Assembly: GCF_036588685.1 (NCBI RefSeq)
Contig: NC_086376.1
Coordinates: 86,159,630 to 86,223,629, forward strand
DNA from: Mytilus trossulus
Taxonomy: Eukaryota
Direction: 5' to 3'
Length of the DNA: 64,000 nucleotides
The notes under the pieces were generated by a model. It did not search any database. It had not been told where the DNA came from and worked only from the letters and a program-made list of their open reading frames with translations. The position numbers and the translations under genes were made by a program. Position 1 is the stretch's first letter; every line of letters begins with the position of its first letter. Positions 49,501 through 63,210 of this stretch are shown piece by piece.

Positions 49501-52500
49501 ATCAGGCTGACCTACTTGATCTTCAATAAAATCATTGGTCAAATTATAACCAATACAATTATCTATTATAGCTAAAATTTATAGATAATTTAAATACTCA
49601 TCTTTCAAAATTTCACTGAGGCCAGGTTTGGTGGGTGATTTACTACTGTTCACATACGGACTGCTGGACATGTAGTGTGTTTAGGACACACAAGAGTAGT
49701 ATATTCCCATTTTCTGTTCTCTTCACCTGGTACTCCATCAACTGATTAGCACACTGTAACTTATCCAAGTCCTCCAAATTTCTCTCTACCACCAATAATT
49801 GCCGACTCAGTACCTCTACTTTGTTGATTTAAAGCAGTTAAAACAGTTCTCAATGAAATATCGGGTTCACCTTCATAATCCAAGACTAAATTCGAACGTA
49901 CTAATCGACTAACACAGCTAGAAAAATTAACGTGACCTATCGAGTAGACCCTGTCGTGCCGAATGATTTAACCGCCAAATCACACAAACCACTTAACCTA
50001 AACGCCACCTATATGGGCAGACAATTCAGAAGAAAATAATTTCATTCTAATTCATAAAATCAACCGACTGAAATTATATAAATATTTCATTGATTAGACA
50101 CCAACATCAAATGCCATTCAGAAAGCAGTGATAAATTTCGCTTTCAATTTGACAGACAGAATCAAGATCGAACTAGTTTACCATGACATATTGCGCTATA
50201 ACACTTTTGACAGAAAGGGATTGTTGTCCGTTAAAATGGTTGATGGTGTATAATAAATAGTTCTGATAAACTGTCGGTACTTTATTACGTTCATTGATGG
50301 TTGAGGAAGTATCTTCATTAAAATGATATATGAATGGTACGTAATATAGTAACAGCATGAGGAATTGTCGATATAATGATTTATAAACAGTTTGTTATTT
50401 GTTTTGTTTTTTATTACAACTAGGTTGAGTTTCTAATCATAATGGCATTTATTGAAGGCAAAATAAGTTAAACTATGTGATAACCTAAAAGAACTGAAAA
50501 ACCAATAACCATGTAGCATAATAAATGATGCTATACTTATTAGAGTATACTTTTTTATAAAGATGTCTTTGATAGTTATTACTTTTACTGAATATGATAT
50601 AGTCTTCTTTAATATTTTGTCTGTAAATGAAATGTTTACTTTATATAAACAAAGGATATATACGACTTCAAACTAGGATCTGTAGTACGATATTTCTCTT
50701 TAGTAACATATTTCTAGTCTCTGCTATAATCGAGGGCATATATCAATTGATTCGGTAAGAACGCGCAACACTCTATGTTTTGTGATAGTTGGTCAAAATA
50801 GCCAACTGGTATGAAAAGCGACCGAATGTGTTCTTTATCCTACTGTGGAATTTGGAGTTCTTACGACTTTGAGTTTTATACACGGCACATTCTGAAGCGG
50901 TTGTCATACTGAATATATGGATGGAGAAGTCTATCCTTTAGTTAATCTGTGTGTTCGTTCGATCGCCCTTTCGTCCGTTCGTAACAGCTTGACTTGATTT
51001 GTTGGGGAACTTATAGAATCTTATAAGCATCAGTTTATTTATTTATTATTTGTCATTGCATTATCTGGGGTAATTTTTCAATATCGGTGAACCTTTCACA
51101 GAATTTATATTCATTTCACCATTCTGATGATTTTTCGGGCTCATTTTGGCATGATATAGACTTAGTCATTGCAACACACATGTATACCCGCTTCTAATCA
51201 TGTTCATCCCCGACTCCTGGAGTGTTTGTAGGAAATTTGTGTCGTGAATCATTGTTATAATAAATCATACCCTTTTCGTTACATTCATAGTTAAGGATGT
51301 TTGCATACTACATCACTTTTTCTCGTTTCTTTTATATGACAAAAGATGATTCCTTTTATCCGAACTGTGATGTGTTTTTATTATTTGAGATAATAATACA
51401 ATGTTGACTGCAGTCCCCTGTTATTTTACATTTTTATCTATTGTGTCTGTTCTATTTTTTCACACATCGTTGTCATTAAAATGGAATTTGCTGTGACTGT
51501 CATACAAGTAAGATGTTTAGGTAGCTCCGAGGTTCAATCCATCAGCAATGCCTGTACCAAGTCATGAATATGACAATTGTTATCCATTGATTTGATGTGT
51601 TTGAGCTTTTGATTTTTTGTCATTCGATTGGGGACTTTCCTGTTTTCATTTTCCTGGGAGTACAGACTATGCTCTGATAACTGAATAATTTCTATATATT
51701 TGAAATCGATAAAAAAAAAATTAAAAAAAAACAAACAAAAAAACAGTAAGACAAGCGATGCTTCTTGTTATTATCTACGGTCACTCATACCCCTCATAAA
51801 GTTAGGAGTTTGTTTACATTTGGTTGGGTTTTTTTTCAAGAATAATTGTTTTCGAAATATTTACCTGTTTTTACAAGTGATGCCATATTTACATTTTGAA
51901 TAACCACAATGCACTTAGAATTCTAAAAATTTCCTTTATGTTCTATTAGAGCATTCTGCAACTTAATAAAAACACGATAAATTTATTGAATGCGTCATTT
52001 CAATGTTGACATATCATTTAATGTTTTAACTTTTATGAAAAGTAATTCAATAAAGCATTTTTGAGGACAAACAATTTGTCATTACAATTGAATCATGAAA
52101 TATTAATGTGTTTAAAAAAATATTTAAGGTGAAAGTTTTCCAAGCTAGTGCAAAAGAGCCTCATTTGCCGAGTATACGTATTGACAAAGAAATCTGTGCA
52201 TGCATAAAAAAGGGTTTCTGATAATGAGTTATAAACAAGTTGAGAAAAACAGCTTGGACTTTTTGGGGGGCTTCTTACTTGAAATAAGTAATTGAATCGT
52301 ATTCAATTAAAATTCAATGCTCGAATTATTTTTGTGAGATAATAGAATTTTAATTTTAAAGATATATAAGTGAACTTGAACGCCGTAATATAGCTGGAAA
52401 ACTGTTTTGATTGCTAAGAAAACGGATGTGTATAAGCCTTGTCGCACATTTCTTTTGAAACATGTATTCAGAATTGCCTAGACAACAGATGCATTTGATG

Positions 52501-53605
52501 TAGACGGGAATTTTGTTGAACAAGTCGGTCGGAATAGTTTTGTTCGTTTTAAACGTATGCACTGTTAACAAGGTACTTGACTAAATGTAAATTTTTGAAT
52601 TGTGATCAGACCATTTATATACACTGAAGAACACATTCATACAATCTAAGCGTATCTCACTAGTCTGACGGATATTTCCATAGAAACTTGGTAAATGAAC
52701 TGATAATTATTGTATGATTGTGCATTTGAATTAAATACTCAATTCCATTTTAAATTGGATGAACCAACAAATAAAAGAGAGGTAAATACCATAACACTAG
52801 TGCTATCTGTTTTGCGCTCGCAGAATTTACGAAACACCTCATGGTCAATTTATTAATCTTTTCTGGACAGTTGATTTATTTGTACGTATTTTATCTGTTG
52901 TGAAAAGTGTAAGTTTTATCTTTCTTAACGAAATACCCCTTCATGTTTAGATGGCAATTTCATCATGTCCCAAAAATAGAAAACTGTAATAAAAGCAGAG
53001 GTATAATTACTTCGTCTTAAAGTTGTTTTCTGATTCTAGAGGTTTATAAGCTAGACTTTGACCTTTTATTTCAACGTATCGTGCATTAAAAGATACATAG
53101 GGAGTAATATAAAGAATACCTTCATAGGGAGTAATCTAAAGAATTCCTACTTCGGCAGTACATATTTGATATTATAGTGTTATTCAATTTTACAATGATA
53201 CAAGCATGGTAGAGATATCAAGTTTGAAATGTCAGGATCAACATGGAAGAAATTAAATGTCATCATTAATCCATCAAACCATCGTAGAGACAGTAAACTT
53301 GGTTTAGACTATATTAACGTTTTTCAAACTTGTCAATCCTGATTTATATCTATTTATGTTTATCTTCGTTTAGTTTAAAAAGACTGTGAACGTTCAAGCG
53401 ATGTTGACAGATTTGCACCTAGTAGGATTTAAAGCTGAGAGATAGACATATACATGTTAAAGAAAATAAAAATAGACATTGAGATTTTGTTATTATTATA
53501 TACAAGAGACCTGCAAACCTTTGCTTGTAGGTAAAGAGAGGAGCTAACCAAATCATTAAAAAAGAGATTCAGATATAGTCAGGTCATATATGGCATAATT
53601 ATAAT

Positions 53606-53995
53606 AATATTGATTCACTCATCGGGTCTTTGCATCTGAAATAAACATATTCTTTTTCTTTCTAGAACCAGTTTTTGGCATTATAGGGTTATGTTCTTCT
53701 CATTTATTTTTATGATGACATGATACTAGAACATTAACAGGAGGTATGTGCTTCATTTTTATACGATGAATACAAAATCTTTCAATCAGTTTAATCGAGG
53801 TCTAGAGCTAGTATATCAGTCACTGCTAGAGATGCATCATGGTCATATTGCGAAGTTTCTGTTGTTACTTTTTCTGAAATCGGACTCAATTGTCTCGTTA
53901 TGTTGACCACTCATTGGTGGCCCTCGGCTGTTTTCTATTCTCTTGTCAGGTTGTTGTCTCTTTGACACATTCTCAATTTCCATTCTCAATTTTAT
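53606..53995 (+). mobile_element. Diverged Penelope-like 3' fragment with an internal deletion removing the twister
   Basis: Starts at the RT C-terminal codons (NIDSLIGSLH), follows the 3' region, then jumps to the terminal ~100 nt. Confidence 0.75.
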
Positions 53996-55554
53996 TTACA
54001 GTTATGTAAATAATAAATTTAAATGAAATAAATCGGACTGAAAAAGTCAATTTTTCCTAATTTGTTTTTTTAAAAGAGAAGACCTCTGTTTTGATAGTTT
54101 TCGAAAACTCTTCGGGATAACGTGATCATTTATTTATCCATTCGTTTGTATGTATTAACGTAACAAATGTAGCCTATGCTGGATTGGAATAAAACTAAAT
54201 TAGACGAAAAAGAGACACATCCTTTTGTTTTAGGTCAATTAGTCACTGATACTAAATTGAAGAACCTTATTTGAAAAACGGTTTTGTCAGTAATTTAAGT
54301 TAGTTTTGTTTTATTGGAATGAAACGTTTACCAAATTAAAGAGGAAAGCATGATGCAGGTATCTATTGATACTGGTGTCAATAGGTCAAAGTTGGAAATA
54401 AATATATAAAATAAAGCAAATTTAGAAAGACTTTTTTTAAATATAACTTGGTCTCTTTTAATTATTTTTAGAAATTTTATTGTTTAACCTAAAATACCAA
54501 ATAAAAGGGTAAATTGTTGCTCTGGAGTACGTATAGTAGGTACTTGTAGTTTCTAAATACGTAACTGACGTATATGCAGTACGGATATCATTTGTTGACA
54601 GTGCGAACTTTCAATTTGTATGATTAGTACTAGTATTATCGTTATGAAGCCTTTCAAGTAAAGATATTATAAAGACGAGGAACAGCCCTTTACTTCCTTC
54701 AAAAATTGTAACAGTATATTCTTTTAAACCTTAAACCCGATGAAACTGTCCCTTTTTTGTACACAGAAAAAAACTGTATGTTTGGTTCGTTGATGTACTT
54801 ATTGATGTCAATGTTCCAGTTGTTTACCTACTACTTTCTTCTTGAAATACATGTACTACATTTCATTCGTTCCTTTGGTTAAGGTTAATATAGTCTAACG
54901 TTTAGTAGTCATATTGTATGGACTTCCCTTTTTTTTTTTTAACTTATCTTTGAATTCTGTATTTTTGTTAGTACTTCGTCTCAGTTTCCATATGTGTTGA
55001 CTGTTGAAATATCAATACTATGAGAAAAGAAGATATGGTATGATTGCCAATGAACATTATACACATACGCCGTAATACATATTTTGGTTTTTTTTCTGAA
55101 TACAACTCGTATAATGCTGCTCTTGCTCAAGTTTTCAATGTTATTGGTTGCGATTTCAATCTTTCTGTGTTTGCCTTTTCTATTTTATCTAATCTAGCAT
55201 AGTCTTATCCACCCTCTGTCTTGATCCGCAATCTACAAAATAATTTATTTGTGAAAATAGAATGATTCGAAAGGAACAATCCTATCAAGCTTATCTCTAA
55301 ATATGTTAAAAATTCGAGAATTGCATTATTTCTATAAGCAAATACGTCAAGTAACATGATGAACAGACAGGTTTAATTTCTATGAAAGAAAGCCTTATGC
55401 AGCAAACATCATGTATAGTGGAACCGTATCATGTCATCCAGTTATAAGAAAATGTACAACTTTAATATAGGATCACTTAACTCGAAATAATACCAGTTGT
55501 TCAAACGATTAAAATGAACAATACTTACCGATGGCATTGTTCTGTAAAATAAGA

Positions 55555-55686
55555 TAAAATAGAGAACGGAGATGGGGAATGTGTCACACAACAACCCGAC
55601 TAAAGAGTTAAAGACAGCCGAAGGACAACAAAGGGTCTTCAACACAACGAGAACATCTTGCAGCCAGAGGCAAACTTCAACTGGCT
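55555..55686 (-). mobile_element. Short diverged Penelope-like 3' tip; shorter tips at 5443-5497 (-) and 62320-62345 (+)
   Basis: Shares the terminal aaattgagaatggaaatggggaatgtgtc...acccgac sequence. Confidence 0.7.
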
Positions 55687-58600
55687 AAACTTCTAAACAA
55701 ATTTTTTTTTTTTTTAAATTCACAAGATGAAAACTTGTAAAATGTCAATATATACGACTATTATTTTTAGATTCAAAATAATTGATTTCCGAAAATATGA
55801 ATATAATCTTGGAATAGGTGAAACAATTTGACTGACACCTTTTTTGGTACAGATAAATAAATACCCTTGTAGCCATTCCTTTAAAATTATAAATGTCATT
55901 CCCCTAATTCTATGGAAATTTATCCCTTTCCGAACCCATTGTCTAAAAATATTTAATCTACGTGTGGTTGTCGGTGATCTCAGAAGATGATTGGCTGAGT
56001 TAAAGGATCAGAACCTTTTTTAGCTCCCTGAAATTATCAAAATGTTCTAAAAGGTGGTTATAAAATTGACAACTTTTGTGCAAAATGGAAGGCACTCGAA
56101 GGGGATTTTGGTTAAGAAAAAAAGGAAAAGCATGTACACTGCTAAGATATCGTGCTGTAAACTTGATAGCTTTGATTTTTACGTCCTTTCCGGTTTTCAC
56201 TATCAAACAAAACAAGAAATCATTATTGTTTATCTCTATGGTCATGTATGATAAATACAATTGTTGTTAATTTAGAATATTACTTTATTTTATGATTAGA
56301 AAAACATCCATGTCAGATCTCATTCTCTTAATACCTTTTGTTTATATTGATAGCTACTTAATGGAATTATCTTGTTTATAAATATAATAGAATTGCATTC
56401 TACAGCATATCTGATTTTCAAGTACCAAATGAAATAAAAATGTCGATCTTGTGATTGATGAGCTCTCAAAATTAAATAAACTTAGACGAGAGCCGGTGTT
56501 ACTTCATTTTCCTCTCTCTGATAAGTAATAAATCGGTGTCAATTATCCTATATGACTTTGGCTTTTAACTCAATTGTCTTTGGTTCTAGATCTGAAAGCT
56601 TATAAAATAGTAATGCATTATATGTGTCCGTTGAGGAAAGTGAAACGGCATTATATGCAAATAGCAGCTAGAAAATTATGTCCTTGAAGTCATCGCCGTT
56701 TTTGAATCGGTAACTCGTGAGATCAATATTATGAAAACGTAATGTCCTTCTAATTCTAGTGAAAACTTTGAAAATCTCTTTTCATCAATGTCTTCAACAG
56801 CAATATGCAATATTAAAAAACAATTTTTATTTGATTGGAATATGGTGATAATGTGTATGAGAATATTCTAAACTCTTCAGAGTAGGAGGATCAAACAACT
56901 TCCAAAATTGATAACGTAAGTGAAAAAGAATGTCCTTCCTCTTTGTCGCTTTTATTGAACAATTAAAGTGAGTAATGAAACGATGAAACGAATATGTTCA
57001 AAATGGTGTAATTATACTCCTGTGCCATTTTCCCTACCGAATTATACCTATTACTTGCTTTGTACTTATATAGAATACAATTTGGGTGCAGCATGTAGAG
57101 CAGGATCTCCATTACCTCCGGAACCCCTGAGATCACTCCTAGTTTTATGGTTGAGTTCGTGTTGCAGAGTCTTCAGTTTTTCTATGGTGCATTTTGTTTA
57201 CTATTGTTTTTCTGATTGTATTCTTCTTTATTTTAATTTTTGAGTAACCAGTTATATTTCTATTTTTGAGTTTGAATTTCCCTTTGCTATTTTTTGCCTC
57301 TTTTTTGCAATTGTCTCTGTACAATATTTACTAATATTTCAATACTACTTGCCTTTTGGTATACTTTGTGATTAAGATTACACAAATCGTATAAAAAGTA
57401 AAATAAAAATAAAAAACTGAACTCAGAGGAAAATCTAATCGGAAAGTCCATAATCATTATAAAAGTGCATCTTACTTTATTATTGAAAAAATGTAAAGAT
57501 TTATATATAATATGTTCACCACAACTAGCCACATATTTTCTGTTGGACCTAACCCTAAGCCAATGGCGTTGCCAGTTTATTTGCGAAAATTCAAAAAACA
57601 CCAAAAGATATTAAAACCCATAAACAAAAAACAATTTGAAAATGCAAAAAAACCCACACACAACAATATTAAAAGAAAATATGAAAACTAACGACTGATC
57701 CCCCCCCCCCCCCCAAAGGCCAGGGGAGATCTCACGTATTCTGTCAAATTCTATAAGTAAGAAAAAAGATAACTCTTAAGTTTCAGTTTTATATACATTG
57801 TATTTGAAATATTTAATTCAGAATCAATAAACACTATCTTCAATCCACGTAGTAAAAACCAACTATTTTTCACACTCTTACTTGGAAGAAAGATTTTAAC
57901 TGCAATCCACAAAGTCAATATTTTTCAGAAGCAATGGGTACAGCCTTTTTAACATCCAGCTTCAGAAGAGGCTTAATCTGCAGAGGTCATGAAAACCCAG
58001 CAACTCGAAAAAGGTATACCTATATGATAAAAGTTTGAATAAATAATATCTATGATAGTTAAATTTGCACTTACCAGTTTTCATTACATTTAAAAGACAC
58101 AATTCGCTTCCTCAGAAAAGTGAGTAAATTATTGAAATTATATCTCAAAAACTTTATAATTCTTGAAAATAAACTCATCATAGACGCTCGAATAAAAAAA
58201 TTCAAACGCCATTAAAGTACGAAATTGAAGAGAATTGAGAACCAAACATTCCAAATACAGCCAAGGTAATCTATTCCTGAGGAAGAAAAGCCTTAGTATT
58301 TGAAAAATCTATATTTTGTAAACAGTTAAACAAAAATTAACTATATCAATGGAAATTCATGTCAACACAAAAGTGCTGACTACTGGACTGTTGATAAGTC
58401 ACTTTTCAAACAATGTAAAAGTATAATATGGAAAAAAACACGTTTAAAAATCGGTGTAAATATATTTCAAGTTAAGTTATTGAGCACTGACAAAATATTC
58501 AAAAAACTAACAATTGCAAAAAAAAAAGAAAAAATTAAAAAGTTTTCAGATACAAGCCGTTGATTCAATCTTAGTTCCGAATTGAAAATGTTCAAAGTAA

Positions 58601-60786
58601 TCTGGTAGGTCGATAAAAGAATGGCATTTATTTATTTACAATGAAATGGGAGTAAAAGTAATCATCTGAATTTAACATTTCTATTAGAAATTGCATTAAA
58701 CTTAAAACTATGTTTGCGTCTAGAATGTTTGATTTAATTCCATTGAGTAAATTAACGCAAGATGTTCTTAACCAAAAAACTGGTTGTGTTTATTATGTCA
58801 TTTCATATAATATGTAAGTTCAACGACTTTAAACTATCATAGAGAATTGTTTTTTCTCTACAAGTCATTAACTTTTCAACAACAACATAATTGTTCTCAA
58901 TAGTTTATCAACTTATGTATTATTTAAAATATATATATTAATTTATTTTTCTAGGAATTTTGGACCAAAACACTTCGTGAAATCAACGCTGACATAATCT
59001 AGAGACATTCTATTTCAGTTGTCTGTTAAAAAACTTTGAATGAAATACAAGTTAACATGTTAGTTCCGGTACATTTAATGACCAATCCTATATCATAGTA
59101 TCCTGGCTAAATCTCTTATTCGCGTTGCTCTGGAACAATGAGCATAATCTCAGGTTATTAATTCTTTTTAAAAGATGTTGTCTAGCATGAATAAACGCTT
59201 CAATTCCTATACTATGTTTTACGCTCTATGTCAAAAATTGTTTATTATATTGCCAAATCTATTCATATAAAAATGTCACAAAAATGCATTCTATGTTTTA
59301 GGGTCTGTCTCATGTTACAAGTTCTTTAATGGTTCTTGTTATGTTAAATGCCTTTAATAGATGATTTAGTATCGCGTGGACATTTCTGAATTTCAATTTA
59401 CCTTATTTCCAATTTTTAATAAAGTTGAGACCATTTCAATCTTGCATTTTCGAATTGTTAGGGGCCTGTCTCAATATACATCGACTTTACTTTTATTCAT
59501 ATCATTCTTGTAAAATCACTTTTTTTCGCTTATATATATTTTATGGACAGGAACTACTTTTACACAAATTGCAGTCTATAAGTCTAAATGAACATACCAT
59601 AAGCAGATGAAAAGTTACACAAGAAGCTGATATATGTCATATTGAAAACAAAACCATAAAAAGTTATAAAAAACAATATTTATCAAAGAGAAGTTTGTGT
59701 CATTTCCAATTAGAACATTAGCAGGATTTAATTCTTTTTCTTTAGAATTAGTGTATGCACAAACAGCTTTTTTATACAAAATTCATGTGCTGTATATGTG
59801 TCTCCTCTAAAAAAAAAAAAAAAAAAGATAGATTATTCAAACGATTATTGTATTCATTAATAATTGAAATTCTTTAAAAAAATTCAACAATTGGACATAA
59901 TTTTGTCGGTTGACATATATATTCGATCATTTAAAAACTAATTGTGTTGATTTTTAAAGAAAAACATAATAAATATTGGGAAAAACCTATAAAAATAGAT
60001 GCAAACTCATTAGTTTTAATTTAGGCAAAACATGAGCTCTTTCTGAATTAGATTTATATCAGTTAACATGAGTTCTTTAAATATGTAAGGACGAAAAGAT
60101 GTAAAGATAAATAGAAATATCACTATTGTTTTGTTTCCAGCTCTTCATCCTTTTTAAAAAAAAGAAGCTTTTATTGCAACCTTTTATGTTAAACCTAACT
60201 TTTACTAATATGATATACTTTGGCACTCTTATTCTATAACTTGATTAAAATGATTGTTAATTTAACTTTATAATGAAACGTACTCTGTAATTCTGTACAC
60301 AATAGGTCCTACTTATATCCTAATCACTTTCTAAACCACCTACTAGAATATGATAAAACCTTTTCATAATCTTAACCATCGAACATCCCTTATTTTACCT
60401 TATATCCAAATTCTTTTTGGGAATTCCGTTAGTAAATCATAAACATTGACATAGCTCCCATCGGCGGTACCCATGTTGTTTCCGCAACTCATCCTGAATA
60501 CCTTAGCAGACTTTTTTTTTTTTCGAAACTCAATTTTTGTATAACAATCTTATGAACTATCAATAATAGGAGTTGTGGGTATACGTTTAAATATATTCAG
60601 AAAGCACGCAAACAACACTATCATAAGACACCATAGACGTATTTTGATCAACATTGTAAGTTTTACATCCAAATCCTGCCTGCAAGGAATGAATATCAAT
60701 AAACAGCGTCCTACCGATACTTAAAAATCCCTAAAACTACCAAATATTTTAATGTGACAAAAGACAAACACTGACGAGATCCTTAC

Positions 60787-60900
60787 CTCTTTTCTTTTAC
60801 CGTTGATTAGGCATATCATGGTGAGATGGTGCTCAACAAATCGCAAAACCATCTTTTTACACAAGATAAGTGATAAAGTAAATGTTTTCAAGGTATTTTT
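60787..60900 (-). other. Candidate exon of a minus-strand gene
   Basis: ccttcttctctctcag| 114 nt ending GAG |gtaagg. Open in one frame. No homology recognised. Confidence 0.3.
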
Positions 60901-62224
60901 CTGAGAGAGAAGAAGGAATCAGTACCAGCTTATTTCGTGTTTCTTTTTTCTTGTTGTGTACGTATTGTGGATCTCTTTGCAACATCTCACCTTCTTTCTA
61001 ACAAGAAAACATTGAAGGGTCACCAGTGTGAAAAAGAAATAAAACAATTGAAATTCGTCCATCACATTATCATCATAGAACTCGAAGGTTTGAAGTTCCA
61101 TACGATGATTTCAATCACATTATTTATGACAATGAAATAATAAAAAAAAAGGATTATATGACTATGAATTATAGTCATTGCATGCACAAATAATATGTCA
61201 ATAGGGAGGCCAAACATTTAACTATGCATAAATGTCACTCAAATGTTCATTTAACTTTTATAAATATTATCAGAATACGTTTGCGTTTTGTTAAATAGAC
61301 AATTTACGTGTTAATAGATGTGATATTTATCTATCTTAATGGTATTGTCCAATTATTGCGTACTCATTTTTTGGGGGATTGACATCAATTCTATAATTAA
61401 AAGTTAGAAGCAATACTAAATGTCTCTGTTGGTTTTTTTTCTTTTCTTTTGTTCTTTTGCATAACAATTCTCGAACGACCTGTAATGAACATCTTTTTTA
61501 TTTTTCCAGATATTTCGACATGGTAGAAATCAGTCCATGTTTCCCTATGCTCTTTTATATTGCAAAGAAATGTTATGGACATATACAATTCCCTTTGAAT
61601 GACGTCGCTGAATAGAAATCTATAAAACAAGTAACTACATCGAAGGGTGTCCATGCAGCTACGTGTATTTATATGTAGAGAGGAAATAAGGAAGTATGCC
61701 AATAGCATAGTATCTTAATTAACCAGCGGTCGTGCAAAGTTCTTTTATGGTTGTTTTATGTAATTTCTCTCGGAAATTTTGAATTTGCGGGGGCAACTAG
61801 ATTTTATGTTTGATTTATACTCAATTATTATAGAATTGAGACAATTAGGAGCTTGACACATTATATAGACGCTATTTATTGTCTTTAAGATTTGTTTCTG
61901 TCTCATGAAATTTATTTTATTCATTCATTCTTGCAAAAAAGCCTTTATTATTTATGTGGACAGGAACTACTTTACATAGTTTGCAGACTATACGTACAGA
62001 TGTATTTAATATAAACATATCATAAGCTACAAAAGCGGTGGATAACCATTATATTGAAAAAGAACCATACATAAAAAGTGATGATCAACAATAATATCAA
62101 AAGAGAAATAATTATAATTTCCAACAACTGTTTATTATAATTGATTATGAATAAAAAGATTATTATTATAGAGATCATATGCTGTATATTCTGGTTCTGC
62201 TCTATAAAAATATAAAGATTTATA

Positions 62225-63210
62225 AAAGAGAATCGAAAGATACCAGACAGTCAAAGTCATAAATCGGAAATTAACTGACAACGCCATGACTAAAAATGAA
62301 AAAGACAAACAGACAAACACTCCCCATTTCCATTCTCAATTTTATAAATAATAGTTCACATAACACAACATAGAAAACTTAAGAATAAGCAATAGGAACC
62401 CCTCATTAAAAACTGGGGTTATATCAGGTGCTCCGGAAGGGTAAACAGATCCTGCTCCACATTTAGCACAAGTCGTGTTGCTCGTGTCATAACACACCTG
62501 GGATGGTGTTCTCGAAAGTATCCCAAGATTCGTCCTAAGACACATCTTAGACCAATTTTAGGATGGACTTAAGATCATCTTAGGACCCTCTTAAGTTGTT
62601 TCTCGAAGCTTTCTTAGACGAATCTTATGTTAGGATGTCCTAAAAATATACTAAGTCGAAATTTTAAATCGTTAAAGTATTTTTTTTATAAAACGTTTAT
62701 TTATGACGAAACTATTTAATAAAATTGTTTACGAATTTTATAACAACAAGTATAGAATGAAAGGCATAATTACCAATGTAATTATATCAAAAAGGATTGC
62801 AATTTAAACTAGAAAACAATTTGTTTTGAAATGAGAATAACACTTTTAGTGTAATCTTATCGTGAAACACGAAGTCCAAAGTTTAAAATCGTGCACAATT
62901 TATTTATATACGAGTTAATAACCGATGGTGCGTTTAATTTCATGTCTAATTCATGTAAAATATTGAGCAAAAAGCGAAATCCAAACTTTATTACACTAGG
63001 ATGAAGATAGGATGATCTTAAGACACCTAATTGGGTGTCCTAAAGTTAGGACGAAAAATGAGATATATCATAAGTTAAGAAAGCTTCGAGAACACGACTT
63101 ATTGCAAAGACTTGTCATAAAATAGACTTAGGACATGTCATAATCCTAAGATAGCTTCGAGAACACCACCCCAGCTGGTAAAAAGTCTTATTCAGTAGGT
63201 CACATTATGA
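62225..63210 (-). repeat. Repeat family D (GGAGCAGG...CCCTTCCGGAGCACC motif), interrupted by a Penelope 3' tip and a MITE
   Basis: Homologous to 11441-11635, 29135-29375, 44410-44575 (all -) and 57075-57305 (+). Common 3' end resembles ggtatctttcgtccctctttt. Confidence 0.75.
62498..63174. mobile_element. MITE with CTGGGRTGGTGTTCTCGAA TIRs (PIF/Harbinger-like)
   Basis: Terminal inverted repeats, an internal second inverted pair (ttctcgaagctttctt) and many ctaag/ttagg subrepeats. It splits a family D copy. Confidence 0.75.

Larger units (their letters stand above)
45576..50079 (-). mobile_element. Decayed tyrosine-recombinase retrotransposon (DIRS order, PAT-like) with split direct repeats
   Basis: Minus-strand order: A1 (50079-49922), RT, RNase H, methyltransferase, YR, B1 (46282-46178), A2 (46179-46022), spacer, B2 (45680-45576). 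A1 and A2 differ at 1 of 158 bp; B1 and B2 are identical over 105 bp. Split repeats plus an MT domain fit PAT-like rather than Ngaro or DIRS1. Confidence 0.88.
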
